A DNA stretch of 64,000 bases from IMG/VR virus record IMGVR_UViG_3300009159_000035; one strand, 5' to 3'. Below are positions 8,044 through 17,653 of this stretch, piece after piece. The position numbers were made by a program, and so were the translations under genes. The notes beneath the pieces are model-generated. The model did not search any database. It worked only from the letters and a program-made list of their open reading frames with translations, and was not told the DNA's origin. The DNA comes from a virus. How positions within the stretch are numbered: the stretch's first letter is position 1; each line of letters opens with the position of its first letter.

Positions 8044-9204
8044 ATGAAACACTTAAAACCATATATATCATTTATTAATGAGGGTCGATTTTATAACGAG
8101 GAACTAAATCCAATCTTTTGGCAAGATAATACATTTAATCCAGAGGTTAGAACTAAACTATTACAAATAGCCCATGACTTTTATGCAGATTTAAAAGTTA
8201 CTGTCCCAATTGAAGATATTCAATTGACTGGCTCTTTAGCAAATTATAACTGGACAGAACATTCTGATCTTGATGTCCATGTCATAATGGATTTATCTAC
8301 AATTAATCCAGATCTTGAACTGGTTAAGACAGCAATGGAAGGTCTTAAAACTACCTGGAATCAAAGGCACCCAGTTACTATTCACGGATTTGATGTTGAA
8401 CTCTATGCTCAAGATATTAATCAATTACACTTGGCTTCTGGCTTATATTCATTAATGAAGAATGAATGGCTTAGAGAACCTGAGTTTAACCCACCAATTA
8501 TTGATCCTAAAGACGTTGATGTAAAAGCTGATTCATATATTTTTGCAATCAAGCAAATAATCAATGACTTAAAAGAGTCTAGTCCACAAGAAGCTAGAGA
8601 TATTATGGAAAGAGCGTCAGTTCTAAAGAAAAAGATTTCAAAATCAAGAGATGAACAGCTTGCAAATAAAGGCGGAGAATTCTCAATTGAAAATCTAGTA
8701 TTTAAAAAACTTAGAAATGAAGGTTGGATTGGTAAACTAATTGATATTAAAGCGCAAGCCTATTCCCGTATTTATTCTGAACCAACTGGTGCAATTGATT
8801 CAGAATTATCAACTGAAGTAGACGTGATTGATGAATCACTAGTTGGAAAAGGCAGTACAATATTGGTACTTGGGCCAGAGGTTGAAGGTGCTAAACGATT
8901 ATTCCTATTTCATGCTGATTGGTCAAAGCAGGTAGAAAGAAACGGTTGGACTGTAAATATGGTTGGTCTTACTGCACCAGTTTATATCATTCAAGAACAA
9001 GAAGGCCGATTAGTTGCAAAGGTTATATCGATAAGTCCAGGTAATTTAAAGAAATATGTAGGCCTTACTGACTATAATGTAGTCCTAAATTCCAAAACAA
9101 AAACTCCGTTTTGGCATCAAACTGTTAACTATACAAATGCTGCTGCTTTATTAAAAGATCTATCAGCCAGCATTCGTTCAATACCGGAAGTTACCTTTAA
9201 TTAA
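8044..9204 (+). CDS. Pol-beta superfamily nucleotidyltransferase with CTS-like leader
   Basis: MKHLKPYISFINE; LTGSLANYNW..SDLDVHV; FDVELY. Confidence 0.8.
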   Translation: MKHLKPYISFINEGRFYNEELNPIFWQDNTFNPEVRTKLLQIAHDFYADLKVTVPIEDIQLTGSLANYNWTEHSDLDVHVIMDLSTINPDLELVKTAMEGLKTTWNQRHPVTIHGFDVELYAQDINQLHLASGLYSLMKNEWLREPEFNPPIIDPKDVDVKADSYIFAIKQIINDLKESSPQEARDIMERASVLKKKISKSRDEQLANKGGEFSIENLVFKKLRNEGWIGKLIDIKAQAYSRIYSEPTGAIDSELSTEVDVIDESLVGKGSTILVLGPEVEGAKRLFLFHADWSKQVERNGWTVNMVGLTAPVYIIQEQEGRLVAKVISISPGNLKKYVGLTDYNVVLNSKTKTPFWHQTVNYTNAAALLKDLSASIRSIPEVTFN

Positions 9205-9256
9205 ACCTATGAATTTGCAACTATACCGAACCTCTTAACGTAAACGTATTTTACCG

Positions 9257-9285
9257 TGGGTCCTAGCAATAGAGACCCATTTTTT
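9257..9285 (+). terminator. intrinsic terminator
   Basis: TGGGTC..GACCCA plus T run. Confidence 0.65.
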
Positions 9286-9294
9286 GGTATATTA
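9286..9294 (+). promoter_or_regulatory. second promoter class RGTATAWTA (representative copy)
   Basis: Also at 265, 11921, 21397, 23356, 24435, 29090, 30695, 33289, 35917, 36021, 43560, 50727 and 53653, upstream of non-virion genes or tRNAs; extended -10-like. Confidence 0.7.
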
Positions 9295-9319
9295 GATTAG
9301 ACTCATTTAAAAAGACACT

Positions 9320-9682
9320 ATGAAACAATTCGTAACTGATAAGTATGACTTGTTGTTAAGTAAAAATCCTTGCGATATATTTACTTATTATAATGTTAAT
9401 GAGATGCATGGCCTAAATTTAAAAGATTGTTTAAATTATAATAATACAACTCAAGATTCTTATATTACTGGATGGTGTAATTATATTCCAAACTCAGATA
9501 GACACTTTGTATTTATTAACCTTAGTCGATGCAATAATAATATTGAAATGTTTGGTATTATAATGCACGAGCTTATGCATCTTAGCTTTGACCTACACAC
9601 TGACGAAGAGGCTATTATTACTTGGGCAGAACTTGAATCATATAAAGCTTATAAATTAATAAAGAATAATAAAAACTTTTAG
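9320..9682 (+). CDS. putative HExxH metallopeptidase-like protein
   Basis: IMHELMH followed by EE. Confidence 0.55.
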   Translation: MKQFVTDKYDLLLSKNPCDIFTYYNVNEMHGLNLKDCLNYNNTTQDSYITGWCNYIPNSDRHFVFINLSRCNNNIEMFGIIMHELMHLSFDLHTDEEAIITWAELESYKAYKLIKNNKNF

Positions 9683-9706
9683 TACTTTTACAAATACAAT
9701 AAAAAT

Positions 9707-11542
9707 ATGGCATCTAATAAAGACATAGGAAAGAAGTATCAATTGCTAGACGAGATTGAACACGTACTAAAAAGACCCGGCATGTATATTGGTTCTACTA
9801 AACCTCATACCGGAAATGAATGGATCCTAGAAGATGGAGTCTATGAAAAATATGAACTCACATATAACCCAGGTTTTCTTAAGTTGTTTGATGAGATCAT
9901 TTCAAATTCAGTTGATGAGCATAAGCGATCAGGTAAAATCAATACAATTAAAGTAACTACTACCCTAGACACTATTACCATTTGGGATAATGGCGGAATC
10001 CCAGTAGTTCAACATCCTGAACATAAGGTTTGGATTCCTGAATTAATTTTTGCTAATCTTAGAGCTGGTTCAAATTTTAATGACGATGAAGGTCGTACTG
10101 TTGCAGGTACAAATGGAGTAGGTGCATCGCTGGTTAATATATTCTCAAAGAAGTTTGTTATTGATACAGCGGATGGTAAGAATCGTTTGCTACAAACATT
10201 TACCAATAACATGGCAAACCGAACCCCTGCCAAAATTAGTCGCAGCAGCCAAGGTTTTACTGAGATTACGTATGTTCCAGATCTGGCCAGATTTGAAATG
10301 AAAGAGATTAATGCAAGCAATTGGAAGATGATGCGTAAACGTGTTATTGATATTGCTGCCGCAAATCCAGGTCTTAAATTAGAATTCAATGGGGAAAAGT
10401 TTAAGTTTAAAACATTTAAAGAATACGTTGATCTTTATGTAAAGGATTCAATTTGGGAAAAGTCAAAAGACTGGGAATTTGCAATGGGAGTTTCAAAAGA
10501 AGGTTTTCAATCTATTTCATTTGTTAATTCAATTCAAACCAAAGACGGCGGAACTCATGAAGCTTATATCTTAAATCAAGTCATTGAGTACTTACGTATC
10601 ATGATTAAGAAAAAACATAAGGTTGAAGTTAAACCTTCTGAAATAAAAAACCATCTATTTCTTTTTATAAATTGTACAGTCTTAAATCCAGCGTTCTCTT
10701 CCCAAACTAAAGAGAAGTTAATTACTGAACCTAAAGATTTTGGTACAAAACATGATGTAACTGAAAAATTTGCAAAAGCGGTATTTACGTCAGAAGTAAT
10801 TCAGTCTCTACTAGATTGGATTGAACAAAAGAAAAATGCAGATGAGAGAGCTGAACTTCGTAAATTAAATAAGTCTCTTGCAAATACTAAAGTCCTAAAG
10901 CTAATTGATGCAAAAGGTAAGGACCGTAACAAATGTGTTCTTGGAATATTTGAAGGTATGTCTGCTCTATCAGCAGTTCGTAAATTTAGAGATCCTCAAA
11001 GCTTTGGAGCATTTCCATTAAAGGGTAAGTTCCTAAATGTAAGTGAGATGACAAACTCTGGAGTTATACAGAATGACGAGGTTGTTCAGTTGATGGCTTC
11101 ATTAGGAATTAAGTTAGGCGAAGAACCCAAGGATCTTAGATACGGCAAGGTCTACATCTACACTGATGCAGACCCAGACGGAGACTCAATTGCTGCTCTC
11201 CTAATAAACTTCTTTAATAAGTATTGGCCAGAACTATTTGATCAAGGTCGAATATTTAAAGTAATGACTCCACTTGTTGTTGCAAAGAAAGGTAAAGAAG
11301 TAAAGCCATTCTATTCAAATGAAGAATATTCTGCATGGGAAAAGAAAGCCGGCTCAAAGGGTTGGGATGTTGAATATAAGAAAGGACTTGCTGCTCTTGA
11401 AGATGTTGAGTACCGAGATATTATACACAGCCCAGTTCTGGTTAAACTTCAAAATGATAAGTTATATAAAGACAGTCTTAGTGATTGGTTTGGTTCTGAC
11501 TCTGAACCTCGTAAAGAAAAACTTCTTAAGCTTTCAATATAA
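9707..11542 (+). CDS. type II DNA topoisomerase large subunit (GyrB-like, T4 gp39+gp60)
   Basis: EHVLKRPGMYIGS, DEIISNSVDE, DNGGIP, GTNGVG, PLKGK, DADPDG, YKKGL. Confidence 0.95.
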   Translation: MASNKDIGKKYQLLDEIEHVLKRPGMYIGSTKPHTGNEWILEDGVYEKYELTYNPGFLKLFDEIISNSVDEHKRSGKINTIKVTTTLDTITIWDNGGIPVVQHPEHKVWIPELIFANLRAGSNFNDDEGRTVAGTNGVGASLVNIFSKKFVIDTADGKNRLLQTFTNNMANRTPAKISRSSQGFTEITYVPDLARFEMKEINASNWKMMRKRVIDIAAANPGLKLEFNGEKFKFKTFKEYVDLYVKDSIWEKSKDWEFAMGVSKEGFQSISFVNSIQTKDGGTHEAYILNQVIEYLRIMIKKKHKVEVKPSEIKNHLFLFINCTVLNPAFSSQTKEKLITEPKDFGTKHDVTEKFAKAVFTSEVIQSLLDWIEQKKNADERAELRKLNKSLANTKVLKLIDAKGKDRNKCVLGIFEGMSALSAVRKFRDPQSFGAFPLKGKFLNVSEMTNSGVIQNDEVVQLMASLGIKLGEEPKDLRYGKVYIYTDADPDGDSIAALLINFFNKYWPELFDQGRIFKVMTPLVVAKKGKEVKPFYSNEEYSAWEKKAGSKGWDVEYKKGLAALEDVEYRDIIHSPVLVKLQNDKLYKDSLSDWFGSDSEPRKEKLLKLSI

Positions 11543-11922
11543 TGACAGATAACAAAACCTTAATCCTTGCAGAGTTTGAACAGCTTAAAGGCCAATTCGT
11601 AATCAATGCCAGCTGGGAAATTGAAAGACTTGTAGCAGTTGGTGAAGACGATATGGACTACTACTGGATAACCTATAATGGCCGAAAACTAAAATGGAAT
11701 ACTTGTGTCGGGCGCATCATGCCGCTTAAAGGCCATTTACAAAATAAAGATTATTCAGAATTAATTAGAATAGCTAAGCTAAATCATTACGATCAGGTCA
11801 CTCTTTGGGGTAATAAAGAACCTGAGAAATTTCAGACAGCCTGTGACGAACACATTAAAGAAGTTTTAACTTTACCAGAAGACCACCGTTTTTTAACTGA
11901 GGTCTATATGGAACTAAATTAG
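11542..11922 (+). CDS. hypothetical protein between topoisomerase subunits
   Basis: 126-aa ORF, TAATG-coupled. Confidence 0.7.
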   Translation: MTDNKTLILAEFEQLKGQFVINASWEIERLVAVGEDDMDYYWITYNGRKLKWNTCVGRIMPLKGHLQNKDYSELIRIAKLNHYDQVTLWGNKEPEKFQTACDEHIKEVLTLPEDHRFLTEVYMELN

Positions 11923-11936
11923 TATATTAATAAAGC

Positions 11937-13298
11937 ATGAATCAACTACAAAATAAAACAGTTACTGAGTATCTTGACCAGGACTATGCAATGTACGGCA
12001 TGTACACGTTAGAGAGTAGAGCAATTCCATCTGTGATTGATGGTTTTAAACCTACTGCTCGTAAAATTATCTACATTGCAGATAAAGTTTGGAAATCAGG
12101 TAATGAGAAACCCTTAAAGATATTTCAATTAGGCGGACGTATTGCAGCTGATGCACATTACCACCATGGCGATGGATCCTTAAATGGTGCAATTATTGGA
12201 ATGGCTCAATCATTTAAGAACTCGTTACCTCTACTTGAAGAACTTGGTCAATTTGGTTCGCTTCGATCTCCTGAAGCTGGAGCTGCTCGTTATATTTCAA
12301 CCAAATTAACTTCAAACTTTAGATTATTATATAAAGACTTTGAACTATTAGAAAATCAGGTTGAAGAAGGCAATACAATTGAACCTAAATATTTCTTACC
12401 AGTTATTCCAACTGTCCTATTAAATGGAAGTTCAGGTATTGCTGTAGGTTTTGCAACCAATATTCTTAATCGTAATCCACTTGACCTAGTTGATGCTTGT
12501 GTTAAAGTGCTTGATGGTAAAAAGGTTGGCAAATTACTTCCATGGTGGAAAGAATATTCTGGCCCAGTTGAGTCGGTTGCTGGTACCAATCAATATGTAA
12601 TGCGTGGAGTATACGAGATTCAAAATACAACTACGGTTAACATTACAGAGTTACCGCCATCAATGACCTTTCAAAAATACGAAGTATATCTTAACTCTTT
12701 AGTAGATAGAGGAATTGTTTATTCGTATGAAGACAATTCAACTAACGGCATTAATTATACAATTAAATTTGCACGAGCAACCCTAGCTGATCTTATTGCA
12801 AAGGGCAAGCTTGATCAAACCCTTAAAATGGTTGAGACTGAAACTGAGAACTTAACGTGTTTAAATGAACGAGGTAAATTAATAATCTTTGAAGAGGTTT
12901 CTCAAGTTGTAGAATACTTTGTAACTTTCAGATTAAGTTTCTATTCAAAGCGAAAAGCTTTCCTAATTAATAAGTACACTGACGAACTTAAATATCTTTC
13001 AAACCGAGCACGCTTTGTAAAACTTATAGTGGATGAAAAATTAAAGGTTAATAATGTTCCACGAAAAGAAATAGTAGAATACCTGCAAGCAAATGGATTT
13101 GACGAAGTGAATGGGTCTTACAGTTACTTACTAAACATGCCAATTCATTCCTTAACCAAAGAAACCTATGAGCAATTATTAAAAGAGGTTGCGGATAAGA
13201 AAATTGAATTGGCTGAAATTAAAAAATTAGAACCAATTGATATGTACAGAACAGATTTAACTGATCTTAAAAAGAATTTAAAAACAACACTAAAATAA
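11937..13298 (+). CDS. type II DNA topoisomerase medium subunit (GyrA-like, T4 gp52)
   Basis: RAIPSVIDGFKP, YHHGD, AARY, NGSSGIAVGF. Confidence 0.95.
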   Translation: MNQLQNKTVTEYLDQDYAMYGMYTLESRAIPSVIDGFKPTARKIIYIADKVWKSGNEKPLKIFQLGGRIAADAHYHHGDGSLNGAIIGMAQSFKNSLPLLEELGQFGSLRSPEAGAARYISTKLTSNFRLLYKDFELLENQVEEGNTIEPKYFLPVIPTVLLNGSSGIAVGFATNILNRNPLDLVDACVKVLDGKKVGKLLPWWKEYSGPVESVAGTNQYVMRGVYEIQNTTTVNITELPPSMTFQKYEVYLNSLVDRGIVYSYEDNSTNGINYTIKFARATLADLIAKGKLDQTLKMVETETENLTCLNERGKLIIFEEVSQVVEYFVTFRLSFYSKRKAFLINKYTDELKYLSNRARFVKLIVDEKLKVNNVPRKEIVEYLQANGFDEVNGSYSYLLNMPIHSLTKETYEQLLKEVADKKIELAEIKKLEPIDMYRTDLTDLKKNLKTTLK

Positions 13299-13300
13299 AG

Positions 13301-13672
13301 ATGGAAAGACACGAAGTAATTTCGCAAACTTTAGGTTTTCCAGGAAGAATGATTTCTGGTTCAAAGAGCGGATATCGAGATAGATACCCAAACAATCTAG
13401 TAATATTCAATGCAAACGTATGCACTGCTCAAAATAAAATATGGTATGGAGACTTAGACTTAGCACTAGATAAAGAAAAACTTTCCTTATTGGCAGTAGC
13501 ATTAGGTCAAGATCTATATGTTCTATACGAAATGGATGGCCGATTTGAAAATGAAAAGTCTCCAATAATTAAATCAGCCCAAGTTGTTTTTAAAGCAGAT
13601 GGAACTTGGGAACTTGGACAAAGACCGAGCTATTCAAGTATTGATATTGAAACATTAACCATACAAAACTAA
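13301..13672 (+). CDS. hypothetical phage protein
   Basis: GRMISGSKSGY..IWYGDLD. Confidence 0.7.
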   Translation: MERHEVISQTLGFPGRMISGSKSGYRDRYPNNLVIFNANVCTAQNKIWYGDLDLALDKEKLSLLAVALGQDLYVLYEMDGRFENEKSPIIKSAQVVFKADGTWELGQRPSYSSIDIETLTIQN

Positions 13673-13676
13673 GTTA

Positions 13677-14141
13677 ATGGAATTAATTAGCACATACATT
13701 TGTAAAAAAGGAGATATTGGGGTCCATGATAATATGTTTGGCGGAACCATTCTTTCAATAATAGACGATGCATCAGCCAGCTATTCTTCTCAAGTTTGTG
13801 ATACTCAACGTATTGTTACCCTAAAGATTGATGAACTTGTCTTTAAAAAACCAGTTAAGGTTGGCAATATCCTAAAAGTATATGCAAATGTAAAAGAGTT
13901 TGGTACAACATCAGTTACTTTGTATATTGAAGTTCGCAAGCACAATGTCTATACTGGTTTACAAACAGTTGTAACCCATACCAATATTAAATTTGTTAGA
14001 ATAGACGATGAAGGTAATTCACTTGCAATAAGTAATTTAGTTAAAGAGAGGTATGCTGATCGTATGAAAGAATTTGGCAGAGCTCTATTTACTCCAGAAG
14101 AAATGATACAGCTAACAAAGAAATCTAAGAATAAGAATTAA
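13677..14141 (+). CDS. acyl-CoA thioesterase (HotDog fold)
   Basis: HDNMFGG..IIDD; FKKPVKVG; FGTTS. Confidence 0.85.
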   Translation: MELISTYICKKGDIGVHDNMFGGTILSIIDDASASYSSQVCDTQRIVTLKIDELVFKKPVKVGNILKVYANVKEFGTTSVTLYIEVRKHNVYTGLQTVVTHTNIKFVRIDDEGNSLAISNLVKERYADRMKEFGRALFTPEEMIQLTKKSKNKN

Positions 14142-14142
14142 T

Positions 14143-14889
14143 TTATAGGGTAATACCTACAATAATTGAAGCGGTCTCCTGTAAAGGGCTGACCGCTTTA
14201 TTTATGTAATATGGATAGCCTTGATAGCTTAGTACATATAATAACCCAATCGAATATTTCTTGGTTAGGCTTAATGTAATTGAATTTGTACTACGAATAT
14301 TTAAGTTGTTATTGAAACTAACTTGGCGATCTGAATAAATTGCTGGTTGAAATAGGGTAATTGATGATACTTTAACTAGCGAATGGATTGCATCAAACCT
14401 AAATCGGGTTGATGCTCTAACTGTAAAATTATTCATATCAGCATTTGAGCTTGATGAATAGTATTCTGGTAAAATTAATTCAGAAATATTAAGCGTACAT
14501 TTTTTAGTCTTAATAAAGGTTAACCCAAAACCCAAACCTATTGAGCTTCTAAGATTAATTTTACGTTGAAACGATTTTTCGTTCTCAGTAAAACCCATTA
14601 ATTTCCAATTACCAGTTAGTGTCTTTGTTAAGTTGGCGGTTGTATAGAATTCGTTCTCATATAAATTCATATGTGCTGTACCATATGGAGACAGTTTACT
14701 CCATCTATAATTGGAATTGACCGACCAGGTATATTTACCAGTATCCTTTTTGATTTCTAGCTTAACCGTAAGCCCAAGAGAACTAAAATTTCCCTTGGAA
14801 CCATCAGCTCCAAGGGAAAGATTTTTAGCAATTTGGCCATTGCTTATTTGAGCCAATAATAGTACAGCTACTAATAATAAGTATCTCAT
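14143..14889 (-). CDS. putative outer-membrane beta-barrel (DUF481-like)
   Basis: Signal peptide; alternating strands; EKSFQRKINLRSSIGLGFG; C-terminal strand IVGITL. Confidence 0.6.
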   Translation of the reverse strand: MRYLLLVAVLLLAQISNGQIAKNLSLGADGSKGNFSSLGLTVKLEIKKDTGKYTWSVNSNYRWSKLSPYGTAHMNLYENEFYTTANLTKTLTGNWKLMGFTENEKSFQRKINLRSSIGLGFGLTFIKTKKCTLNISELILPEYYSSSSNADMNNFTVRASTRFRFDAIHSLVKVSSITLFQPAIYSDRQVSFNNNLNIRSTNSITLSLTKKYSIGLLYVLSYQGYPYYINKAVSPLQETASIIVGITL

Positions 14890-14903
14890 TTAACTAATTG
14901 AGT

Positions 14904-15194
14904 TTATGGACGCATTGGATATTCGCCAGCGATTGCAATATAAAACGGAATATATTGTTTATCACGATAATGCGTTTGACCAGGAACATGATCTAAGATA
15001 TTTCCTCTATCATCTCTAAGTCTTAGGTCAGGTAGTGCAAATGTATGTTGGCCGTCTCCGCCATACGCTCCACCGATTAAAGAGAATAGGGCAGGATTTT
15101 CTTCTGCTGATAAAATTTGACCTTCACATTTTGCCCAGCCTTCTGGTGCCCAATCCCATGAGAATTGTGCAATTGTTCCAATAAAAGTTTCCAT
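14904..15194 (-). CDS. stand-alone phage tail collar domain protein
   Basis: FIGTI..APEGWAKCEGQ..ALFSLIG..YGGDG..FALPDLR. Confidence 0.85.
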   Translation of the reverse strand: METFIGTIAQFSWDWAPEGWAKCEGQILSAEENPALFSLIGGAYGGDGQHTFALPDLRLRDDRGNILDHVPGQTHYRDKQYIPFYIAIAGEYPMRP

Positions 15195-15206
15195 TGTTTT
15201 ATTTTA

Positions 15207-16025
15207 TTATTTTAATAACGCGTAATATTCGTTAAAGTGTTTTAGCCTATCGTCTAAACCTAACGTTCCACCATTTACTCTTTTAGTAACTGCAGTTACG
15301 GTTGCAGTATCTGCACCCTTATCGCAAATTGCCCAAAGATTATTTGATTGAAAAAAGAAAGCAGCTGATGCTAATGGGTATTTAGTAGCAACCAGATCTG
15401 GATTAGCTAAAATATCTTCACTAACCGTTTTATCAAATCGGGTATAGTTTTCTTTACCGGTTAATTGAATATAACCGCGACCTCTAAATTTCCAACCGTC
15501 TCCGCTAGCTTCAGCACCATTGCCCATACGACTACTATAAACTCGGTTTGCAATTTTTTCAGGTTGTCTTTGATATGGTAAAGCAGCAGCTTCATTAACA
15601 AAATACTTACCAAATGTTCCAGTAAGACCCTTTGCTGAATAGTTTAAATTTTCTTGTACAGCTTTAAATCCGCCACTTTCGTGTCCACATTGAGAAAGAA
15701 AGTGTGCAAGTCTTAACGATGTAGTAATTCCAAATTTAGCAGCAGTATCTGGGATTTGAGCAATAACTGCATCTGGTACAAGCCCTTTAAGTGCAAAAAG
15801 TTTAAATTCACTAGTTGGAATTACTGGTTGGGCAGGTGTAACCGGTCCCATTAATTTGTCCCAAGAAGATTGAACGATTGTGCCATCTGCGGTTAAACCA
15901 TTAGCCAGTTGCCAGTCTTTCACCTTTTTTTCAGTTACTGGCCCAAATTGGCCGTCTGCTGTTAATCCAAGCTTGGTTTGAAGTTGGCTAACATCTGGCC
16001 CGGTTGATCCATTTTTTAATAACAT
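15207..16025 (-). CDS. endolysin: PG-binding domain plus GH19 domain
   Basis: LQTKLGLTADGQFGP; AHFLSQCGHESGG; ENLNYS; FRGRGYIQLTG; TKRVNGG. Confidence 0.9.
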   Translation of the reverse strand: MLLKNGSTGPDVSQLQTKLGLTADGQFGPVTEKKVKDWQLANGLTADGTIVQSSWDKLMGPVTPAQPVIPTSEFKLFALKGLVPDAVIAQIPDTAAKFGITTSLRLAHFLSQCGHESGGFKAVQENLNYSAKGLTGTFGKYFVNEAAALPYQRQPEKIANRVYSSRMGNGAEASGDGWKFRGRGYIQLTGKENYTRFDKTVSEDILANPDLVATKYPLASAAFFFQSNNLWAICDKGADTATVTAVTKRVNGGTLGLDDRLKHFNEYYALLK

Positions 16026-16093
16026 AAATATGAGTTTCTTGTTATTTATTCAGTGGGTTCATCCTATCTAAATAGAAGAATAAATAATCAAGT

Positions 16094-16465
16094 ATGAGCC
16101 TATACATTAACAAACGAACTTCAAAATTAATATTAAATTGGTGTATTGAAAAATATGGACCAAGTGCATATGCTAATGTGAAAACGTTAACAATTAACTT
16201 AGATCCTAACCTGGGATGCTTTGGTCAATACTTTCCATACCCGAATACAATTATGATAAATCCCAAGAAGCACAGATCGCTTATTGCACTATGTTCAACT
16301 ATCATACATGAGTATACACATTTTCAACAAGATATGGTAAAGTATTTGGAATACCGAACCAGCTATGAAAATCATCCATATGAGATAAGCTCAAATAATC
16401 GAGGTGATCGTGATAAGCTTGAGGCCAGGCGGTATGTTTTAGGGAAACTACGCAAGCGATTGTAG
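16094..16465 (+). CDS. small HExxH zincin-like protein
   Basis: TIIHEYTHFQQ..PYE. Confidence 0.65.
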   Translation: MSLYINKRTSKLILNWCIEKYGPSAYANVKTLTINLDPNLGCFGQYFPYPNTIMINPKKHRSLIALCSTIIHEYTHFQQDMVKYLEYRTSYENHPYEISSNNRGDRDKLEARRYVLGKLRKRL

Positions 16466-16505
16466 TATAATTACTCTATAAATAACAAAAATAAAACAAG
16501 AACAA

Positions 16506-16700
16506 ATGAGAAAGTCAATTTTCGCTATCGTTGCTATCACTGCAATGCTTGCTGTTGCTAGCTGTCAAAACGCAGCAACTGAGACGCCAGTTACAATTGG
16601 AGCTGATTCAACACTAGTTGATTCAACCGACTGTATTACTCCGGATTCATGTACTGTAGTTAATTTAACTTCAGCGACTGATACGATAGTGTCTAAGTAA
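16506..16700 (+). CDS. small lipoprotein
   Basis: Signal peptide with VAS-C lipobox. Confidence 0.7.
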   Translation: MRKSIFAIVAITAMLAVASCQNAATETPVTIGADSTLVDSTDCITPDSCTVVNLTSATDTIVSK

Positions 16701-16723
16701 TTAGTTAACACTTTTTACTATCT

Positions 16724-16760
16724 AAATGCTCAAAGTGCAAACTTTGAGCATTTGTTTTTT
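16724..16760 (+). terminator. intrinsic terminator
   Basis: AAATGCTCAAAGT-GCAA-ACTTTGAGCATTT plus T run. Confidence 0.8.
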
Positions 16761-16793
16761 GTATAAATAACAAAAAATATCCTAGGCTTAATT

Positions 16794-17078
16794 ATGTCAG
16801 AAAATACAAACCCAATTACTGGATTTGCAGATGTATTTCTTAGTAAATTAAAAGAACAATCATTTGTAATCATTCTTATGCTTGGTGTGATTTATTACCA
16901 ACACCGGTTAATGGAAGAACGTGTTGCATTTTGGCAAAAGCAATACGAAGAGAAAGAATTGTATATTAAAGAAACTGCAGAGAATGATAAAGCAATTCTA
17001 TTAGAAAGAATTAAGTATTTACAAGATCAACGTGATAAGTACGTAGATGAAGCACTTAATGAGGCAAGAACAAAATAG
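16794..17078 (+). CDS. membrane-anchored coiled-coil protein (holin/spanin-like candidate)
   Basis: One TM segment then coiled coil; late motif; near endolysin. Confidence 0.5.
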   Translation: MSENTNPITGFADVFLSKLKEQSFVIILMLGVIYYQHRLMEERVAFWQKQYEEKELYIKETAENDKAILLERIKYLQDQRDKYVDEALNEARTK

Positions 17079-17095
17079 AAAAAAATATTATAAAA

Positions 17096-17353
17096 ATGAA
17101 CGAAACATCAATAGTTGGTATAGTTTTAGCATTAATTGGTATTCTTAAAGGTAAAGATATTTGGGAATTCTTTAAGCACCGAGCGGATGTTAAAAGTAAA
17201 TCAACTGATAAAGTTATTGAAGTATATGAAAAGCAATTAAATAATTGCGAAACCAAGGTTCAGAATCTTGAAAGTAAAAATGAATTACTATCTAAAAGGT
17301 TTGAAGCTAAGTTAAAGAGTAGAGGAGCCAAAAAAACTGAAACTAAATCTTAG
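17096..17353 (+). CDS. membrane-anchored coiled-coil protein
   Basis: N-terminal TM, basic coiled coil. Confidence 0.5.
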   Translation: MNETSIVGIVLALIGILKGKDIWEFFKHRADVKSKSTDKVIEVYEKQLNNCETKVQNLESKNELLSKRFEAKLKSRGAKKTETKS

Positions 17354-17406
17354 TTTAGTAGAACCAAATTTTAGAAATTGAGTATTATAATATAAAATAA
17401 AATTCA

Positions 17407-17652
17407 ATGGATCAAAATGTCAGAGTGGGCCTTGAAAACTCAAGCCCAATTATTTGCGAGTCGTGCGGTGGAGACACTTTTACTGAAGCAACCTATTTAC
17501 GAAAAATTTCAAAATTATTAACTGGCTCACCGGAAGATATGATCGTACCGGTTCCAACCTTTATATGTACCAAATGCGGTCATGTGAATATTCAATTTCA
17601 GGTAAAAGATGCCAAGCCTCAGCCTACCGATACTCCCAAAATAATTTCATAA
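17407..17652 (+). CDS. zinc-ribbon protein
   Basis: CESC..CTKC. Confidence 0.7.
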   Translation: MDQNVRVGLENSSPIICESCGGDTFTEATYLRKISKLLTGSPEDMIVPVPTFICTKCGHVNIQFQVKDAKPQPTDTPKIIS

Positions 17653-17653
17653 C

